A stretch of 64,000 nt of DNA, from contig OY781964.1 in assembly GCA_963677485.1 (NCBI GenBank), forward strand, positions 3,744,001 to 3,808,000, in the 5' to 3' direction. The translations under genes and the position numbers were made by a program. Position 1 is the first letter of the stretch, and every line of letters starts with the position of its first letter. Positions 58,541 to 64,000 of the stretch are shown one piece after another. The notes beneath the pieces are model-generated. The model made no database searches. It was not told the DNA's origin and saw nothing but the letters and a program-made list of their open reading frames with translations. Origin of the DNA: Armatimonadota bacterium (GTDB taxonomy: Bacteria > Armatimonadota > HRBIN16).

Positions 58541-59569
58541 ATGCCTTCGCACCAATCGGATGAACAACAAGCCGAACCTAAGCTTTCAGTCGATGATCGG
58601 CTTGATGAACTCATGGAGATCATCAAGCAAGATCGGGAGATCGCGCCAGAAGCTATCTCCGAGAAGATGAATGTGTCGCTACGGACTGTATACCGCTACC
58701 TGCGAAAGTTACGGCAAAACGAGCTGCTGAAGACACGCTACTCCAGAAAACATAGAAAGCACTTTCTACAATCCAATGAGACCCTGCGCCCTATTCGGTT
58801 TACTCCTCAAGAAGCACTAGCCCTTGAGGCTGCCAGCAGCGGCGCTGAACGTCAAACCACGAGCAGGCTGACTGCCGCCCTCAACCAAGCCATGGCGAAA
58901 ATACACGAGGCGACCGATACTGAGCTCGATCTGGCGGCTGAGCAGGGGTTTGGCGAGTTCGGCGCGATCGATGAACACACACGCAGAAATATACCGGCAT
59001 ATCGTGACATCATACTAGCCCTCAGCCATGCCTACGATGATCGAAACAAAGTGCTGCTGCGCTACTGGCAGCTTGGGAACAGCCGCCCCGAGGAGATGGT
59101 GGTCCACCCGCTGCATATCGCCTTGAGCAAGGGGTTGTGGTATCTCATGGCGTTTTCGGAACGGCATGGTGAGACCCGTCTGTTTCAAATTGCTCTGATT
59201 GATCAGGCGGATGTCATGACTGATCGTTTCCGTAAACCAAGCAAGATGGATGCGTCTCTTCGATTTGACCGATGTATCGCAGAAGCCAAGAGCGGTGTTG
59301 GTCCGCAGGTGGTTCTGCGATTTAGTGCGAAGGTGGCTGATGTGGTGAAGCAGTTGACTGATGTTCGTCTTCATGTTGAGCAGGAGATGACAGACGGTTG
59401 TTTGATATGCAGCCTGGAGCCGTATGGTTCCGGCGAGATGATGCCGTGGATATTGGGCTGGGGTGTTGAGGTTGAGGTTCTGCAGCCTGATGGTTTCCGT
59501 CGTGACCTGGCACGCGTGGCAGCGACGCTTCTACGCCGATACAGCGCCGCGTTGAGTAACCAGCGATGA
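58541..59569 (+). CDS. WYL-domain transcriptional regulator (HTH-WYL-WCX, PafC/YafY-like)
   Basis: N-terminal HTH (VSLRTVYRYL), FT.QEA.AL, V.P......WYL.A......R.F...I, and WCX motif WILGWG..VEVLQP..FR. Confidence 0.9.
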   Translation: MPSHQSDEQQAEPKLSVDDRLDELMEIIKQDREIAPEAISEKMNVSLRTVYRYLRKLRQNELLKTRYSRKHRKHFLQSNETLRPIRFTPQEALALEAASSGAERQTTSRLTAALNQAMAKIHEATDTELDLAAEQGFGEFGAIDEHTRRNIPAYRDIILALSHAYDDRNKVLLRYWQLGNSRPEEMVVHPLHIALSKGLWYLMAFSERHGETRLFQIALIDQADVMTDRFRKPSKMDASLRFDRCIAEAKSGVGPQVVLRFSAKVADVVKQLTDVRLHVEQEMTDGCLICSLEPYGSGEMMPWILGWGVEVEVLQPDGFRRDLARVAATLLRRYSAALSNQR

Positions 59570-62514
59570 AGCACATCACAGCCTTTCTGGCATGCCTGAC
59601 TGCGACGATATGCATCACGACCGCTCATGCCGCAAGCATTGCCACTGCCCCCGCACTGTCACCGCTCGAACGCCTGGCTGCCAGCGAGCTCCAGCGGTAT
59701 CTGTACCTGCGGACTGGCAGTCTGCCAACCATCTCTATGGGAGCTTCACAGGGTGACTTTATGGTATTGCGCTCAGACCGCCTGCTGCAAATACCTGCGG
59801 AGTTACGGCCTGCGGCGCGCGGAATACATTCGGAACAATTCATCATCCGCACATTGACGACGGCCGGCCGCCGAAGCTGGTGGATCATCGGAGGCTCGGA
59901 CATCGGCACGCTGTATGGCGTGTACCGATTCGCCGAGAAGCTGGGCGTGCGCTTCTACCTTCATGGTGATGTGATACCAGACGATCGGCTCAAACAAATC
60001 CCGAACGTGAGTGAGACCGGCAAGCCGGTATTCGATACCCGGGGTATACAGCCTTTTCATGACTTTTCTGAAGGGCCTGACTGGTGGAGCACCGATGACT
60101 ATCTGAGCTATATCACCCAGCTTGCTAAGATGCGCATGAACTTCATAGGGCTGCACTGCTACCCGGAGGGGATGGCGGAGCCCGCGGTATGGATTGGACT
60201 GCCTGAGGATGTCGGAGCTAACGGTCGCGTCAAGTTCAGCTACCCCTCTACCTGGGCGAACACAGCCCATCCTGGTGTGTGGTGGAATGTGCCCATGAAC
60301 AGCTCGGACTTCACGGCCGGTGCCGGTCAGATATTCGATGATGATATCCACGGATCGGATGCCCAGAAGGGGATGTTCCCGCTGCCCTCAACGCCCGAGC
60401 AGAATAATCGGCTGTTCAATAACACCGCGGAGTTGTTTCACACCGCATTTGATTACGCTCGCTCATTGGGAGTGAAGAGCTGCATCGGCACTGAGACGCC
60501 TATCACCATCCCCGCACTCGTCAAGCAGCGCATTGTTGCCAAAGGGCAAGACCCGGCGGATCCGTTGGTGGTGCAGGACGTCTACAAGGGGATTTTTAGC
60601 CGTATCGCCGCGGCCTACCCCGTTGACTATTACTGGCTGTGGACGCCTGAACGGTGGACATGGGAAGGTAACAGTGCGGTTGACACACAGGCGACAATTG
60701 GCGACGTACAGAGCGCTCTGGATGCTCTGAAATCACTCGGCAACCCGTTCAAATTGGCGACATCGGGCTGGGTGCTGGGGCCTGTGCAGGATCGACTGGC
60801 ATTGGGCCGAGTGCTTCCTAAGGACAGCCCCATGAGCTGCATCAACCGCAATGTGGGGCATTCGCCTGTGGAGCCGAGTTTTGGTGAGCTTACCGGACGG
60901 CCGAAGTGGGCGATCCCATGGATGGAGAACGACCCCGTGTTAACAGCACCCCAACCCTGGGTGGGGCGTATGCTCTACGACGCTGCCGATGCGGCGCGGT
61001 TAGGATGCACCGGCCTTCTGGGCATCCATTGGCGCACTAAGGTGCTGAGCATGAATGTGTCCGCATTGGCAGGCGCGGCCTGGAACCAGGACTGGAATTC
61101 AGATGAGTATCGCGCACTGCAGAAAGTATCTGAGCCGAAAGACGGGCCGGTGACTGGTCAGGTGGTCACCTATGGCAACCCCATCGATGGCACAGATGAA
61201 GACGATGTGTATCAGTCGGTGCGATACAACCTCACCGGATACCGGCTGACGGTGCCCAATGGACGGTATACCGTGCGCTTGATGTTCAGCGAGCTGGCTT
61301 ATGATACACCAGGACGACGGGTCTTCGGCGTGAGCCTGCAGGGGAAGCCTGTGATTGACCGTCTGGATATTTTCGAGAAGGTCGGCAAGAACAAAGCCCT
61401 GGACTACACTTACCCCGACGTGGTGGTGACCAACCGACAGTTGCGGCTCGATTTCGCATACATAGTCGAATTTCCATGCATCAACGGCATTGTCATCTCC
61501 GGCAAGAGTTCCACAGGGGAAGCGTATACGCGCAAGATCAACTGCGGTGGGCCTGCGTTGCGTGATTATGAGGGTGACCTGAAGGTCATCGAGAGCCCGG
61601 CTGAACGCCGCGGTCTGCCAGTCCGGGATTTCTACCTGGATGATGCTCGAGCGAATTTCGGCAGGATTGTGGCGGAGCCTATCGCAGCGATTTTGTCTGA
61701 GATCGATGGGCTGAACATGCCTGCCCCTGTGGCTCTATGCCCGGGTGGGTTGGTGCCCAATGGTCAGCCATGGGACACTGAGAAGCTGAGGTATGGCTTT
61801 GTTGATAAGCTGGAGGCACTCCGCCCGCGTATCACCAGCCCGGGAGACAGGGAGCGGTTTGACTACTGGTTGAATACCTACCGGTATGCCAGGTGCCTGG
61901 GTGAGGTGGGGTGCCGTCGGGCGGAACTCGATGCTCTCGCAGAGCAGCTTAAGGCTGAAGCTGATGCCGCCAAACGCACTCAGACCGCCCAAACGATGCT
62001 GACACTACGCATTGACCTGTCTCGGCTGTGGGAACGCACCATCGGATACCAACTAGCGGCCGTGGATACCCCCGGTGAGATGGGCACCATCGATAACCTC
62101 GAACGACATAACCGAGGCGGTATGAAGTTTCTGTCGCAATATGATGACGTGATTTCTGCGGCTCTGGGCAGTGAGCTGCCCGAGGAAGTGGCATTGTCGA
62201 CGCGCTTTACTGGCGGGCCGCGTATCATCGTGCCTACGGTGCGCACACAAGCTGGTCAGGGTGAGGTGGTGCGGCTGAAGGTGTTTATACTGGCTGCTCA
62301 ACCTCCCGCATCAGCCATGCTTTATTGGCGGCCGCTGGGCAAGGGGGCTTACCACGCATTGCCTCTGAAGCACGTGACTCGCTCTGTGTATATGGTCGAT
62401 ATGCCATCTATGAACACATCGTATGAATACTACATCGTGGCGGAAAGCAGCGGCGGTCAGCTGGTGTGGCCTGCCACCACTCCGCGCATCAACCAGACGG
62501 TGGTCATCTGGTAG
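59566..62514 (+). CDS. Secreted glycoside-hydrolase-like protein with GH67/GH20-type N-domain and malectin domain
   Basis: Signal peptide, AA.ELQRYL, GG.DIGTLYGVY.F.E.LGVRF, RGIQPFHDF and QLAKMRMN. Malectin segment VYQSVRY..VPNG.Y.V.L.F.E....G.RVF.V..QG...LDIF..VG. Confidence 0.8.
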   Translation: MKHITAFLACLTATICITTAHAASIATAPALSPLERLAASELQRYLYLRTGSLPTISMGASQGDFMVLRSDRLLQIPAELRPAARGIHSEQFIIRTLTTAGRRSWWIIGGSDIGTLYGVYRFAEKLGVRFYLHGDVIPDDRLKQIPNVSETGKPVFDTRGIQPFHDFSEGPDWWSTDDYLSYITQLAKMRMNFIGLHCYPEGMAEPAVWIGLPEDVGANGRVKFSYPSTWANTAHPGVWWNVPMNSSDFTAGAGQIFDDDIHGSDAQKGMFPLPSTPEQNNRLFNNTAELFHTAFDYARSLGVKSCIGTETPITIPALVKQRIVAKGQDPADPLVVQDVYKGIFSRIAAAYPVDYYWLWTPERWTWEGNSAVDTQATIGDVQSALDALKSLGNPFKLATSGWVLGPVQDRLALGRVLPKDSPMSCINRNVGHSPVEPSFGELTGRPKWAIPWMENDPVLTAPQPWVGRMLYDAADAARLGCTGLLGIHWRTKVLSMNVSALAGAAWNQDWNSDEYRALQKVSEPKDGPVTGQVVTYGNPIDGTDEDDVYQSVRYNLTGYRLTVPNGRYTVRLMFSELAYDTPGRRVFGVSLQGKPVIDRLDIFEKVGKNKALDYTYPDVVVTNRQLRLDFAYIVEFPCINGIVISGKSSTGEAYTRKINCGGPALRDYEGDLKVIESPAERRGLPVRDFYLDDARANFGRIVAEPIAAILSEIDGLNMPAPVALCPGGLVPNGQPWDTEKLRYGFVDKLEALRPRITSPGDRERFDYWLNTYRYARCLGEVGCRRAELDALAEQLKAEADAAKRTQTAQTMLTLRIDLSRLWERTIGYQLAAVDTPGEMGTIDNLERHNRGGMKFLSQYDDVISAALGSELPEEVALSTRFTGGPRIIVPTVRTQAGQGEVVRLKVFILAAQPPASAMLYWRPLGKGAYHALPLKHVTRSVYMVDMPSMNTSYEYYIVAESSGGQLVWPATTPRINQTVVIW

Positions 62515-62611
62515 CTTCAGTTTAAAATTCGGGAAGTTACCCGGAAAATGCGGCGTGACACAGTGATCTTCCGGGTATCAATGGAGTGAGTAGCAATGTG
62601 TTTATGACTTG

Positions 62612-62781
62612 GTTGGCTATGTCCGGGGCGGTCTGTCAGTACGACTGCGGTGGCTACTGTTTATAGACCGCGCCGGTCTTGTTCCCGACACAAATCTTTC
62701 ATGGCTGTCCGCCAGACCGGCGCGGTCTCGAGCCTTCTGTATCCGCTAGCCTACGCACAGACCGCCCCGGACATAGGCAAC
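62612..62781 (+). repeat. 170-bp nested palindromic element, copy 4
   Basis: Same terminal and inner inverted repeats, between convergent genes. Confidence 0.9.
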
Positions 62782-62819
62782 GTTTGGTTGTAATAGAGGC
62801 GAACAGCCATTACAAACGG

Positions 62820-63866
62820 CTAATCCTGCGCTCCGAAATTCTGGTCGATGATGACGTAGTCAAACAGGTTCACGATGCCGTCGCCATCCAGGTCGGCGGA
62901 TGTCGTGGGTTTACCGAAGTTCGAATCAAGCACCACAAAGTCAAACAGGTTGATCTGGCCGTCGTTGTTCGCATCGCCGTTAATCAACACGACATCAACA
63001 GGCAGGCTGGTTTGGCCCATTATATTGACAGATTTCAGCTCGTGTGCCAGGTGATGATCCCAAACGAATCGAAGAGTGTGCAGCCCCGTAAGTGACGTAA
63101 TGATGCTGAACACTCCATCTGCGTCTGGCGTGACTGAAGCGGTTTCTACAGGCGTCATCTGGCCGTCTGGGATAATCTCGATATGCCCAGCCATGCGGCT
63201 GACACCAGGGATGACTTTCCCTGTGATGCAACACTCAGCCGAACAACTCACGGTGATGGACTGAGTGCCCAACCTGATAATCTGCCCCTCTTGTGGCGTC
63301 ATGAAGCTGGTGTATGACAGATTGGATCCCGCATCCCAGATGACAATCGGCATCGACTCACCGGGTTGCAGAGCGTTGTTCCGTAATCGGATGCTAAACA
63401 GCCTTTGAGCCGCTGAGGCCGGAAACCCTTGCATTGAGGCGTGCGAGAACTGCAGTCCGTATGGCCGCTCTGAGTCGCTTGGTGAACCTGCTGCGGCACG
63501 AAATCCGCAGATTGCATTTCCGCCAGGGCCGGTCTGGTATACAGTGAGTGCTTCCGCCAGGCTGCCATCAAGCAGCAGTTTATGCTTAAGTGGTGCCGCC
63601 GAGGGGCCGGATTGTGTGGTGATATCCCAACCAAGGCAGACCTCCAGGCTCAAGAGCCCGTAGCTTTTGTCTGGACTTGGGTCAATGTCAGGCGCACTGT
63701 ACCATACGGTGAGTTCGAAGTTGCTGTAGGGCTTCACTACCAATGGTGCAGCTAGAGGTGTGGGGTCATCGCGATCTTGCGTCACCCACAACTGGTAGGG
63801 CACATCAGCTTGTAGAGATGTGCAGGCAAGGCACAGCATCACTGCGAGAGCGGTTATTTTCGCCAT
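62820..63866 (-). CDS. Secreted protein with a cohesin-like/beta-sandwich N-part and C-terminal dockerin type I (duplicated EF-hand) domain
   Basis: Signal peptide, GDANNDGQINLFDF..L..NFG and ADLDGDGIVNLFDY..I..NFG. SD GAGGTG. Confidence 0.8.
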   Translation of the reverse strand: MAKITALAVMLCLACTSLQADVPYQLWVTQDRDDPTPLAAPLVVKPYSNFELTVWYSAPDIDPSPDKSYGLLSLEVCLGWDITTQSGPSAAPLKHKLLLDGSLAEALTVYQTGPGGNAICGFRAAAGSPSDSERPYGLQFSHASMQGFPASAAQRLFSIRLRNNALQPGESMPIVIWDAGSNLSYTSFMTPQEGQIIRLGTQSITVSCSAECCITGKVIPGVSRMAGHIEIIPDGQMTPVETASVTPDADGVFSIITSLTGLHTLRFVWDHHLAHELKSVNIMGQTSLPVDVVLINGDANNDGQINLFDFVVLDSNFGKPTTSADLDGDGIVNLFDYVIIDQNFGAQD

Positions 63867-64000
63867 AGTTCACCTCAAACGGCGGTTATTTAAAGTATTA
63901 TACTCGGTTCGTTTTTCAGAACGACCATGCAATAATACCGGTTTTTGATGAAATCGAGGGAAATACGCATGAATTCTGGACACATCAATCAATCTTGATC

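Overview
A 64-kb gene-dense, fairly GC-rich bacterial chromosome segment devoted mostly to carbohydrate use. The dockerin-type GDxNxDGxxNLFD repeats and the uncharacterised glycosidase families suggest Armatimonadota (inference). The standout is an 11.4-kb divergent catabolic cluster (1499-12878) built around a Form IV RuBisCO-like protein (RLP). It also encodes an RpiR regulator, a rhamnulokinase-like FGGY kinase, a xylose-isomerase-fold isomerase, a pentulose-phosphate 3-epimerase, a stand-alone RhaEW-type SDR, an LsrF-type thiolase, a 2-oxoacid/acetoin dehydrogenase (E1a, E1b, E2; no E3) and a HAD phosphatase. I know of no described pathway with this gene set. The chemistry fits a 5-deoxy and/or carboxy-branched pentose such as aceric acid (hypothesis). 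The rest of the window holds a GH106 rhamnosidase, several uncharacterised glycosidase-like proteins, an orphan CcsBA cytochrome c maturation pair, and four tandem mosaic GH36 paralogs that each carry an internal SD+start just after the signal peptide. It also has DsbD/thioredoxin, a TPR-exosortase-EpsI-PAP2 operon, galT, a WYL regulator coupled to a malectin glycosidase, and four copies of an exactly 170-bp nested-palindrome (REPIN/MITE-like) element. I saw no rRNA, tRNA, CRISPR array or transposase. All calls come from motif recognition by eye; no database search was run.
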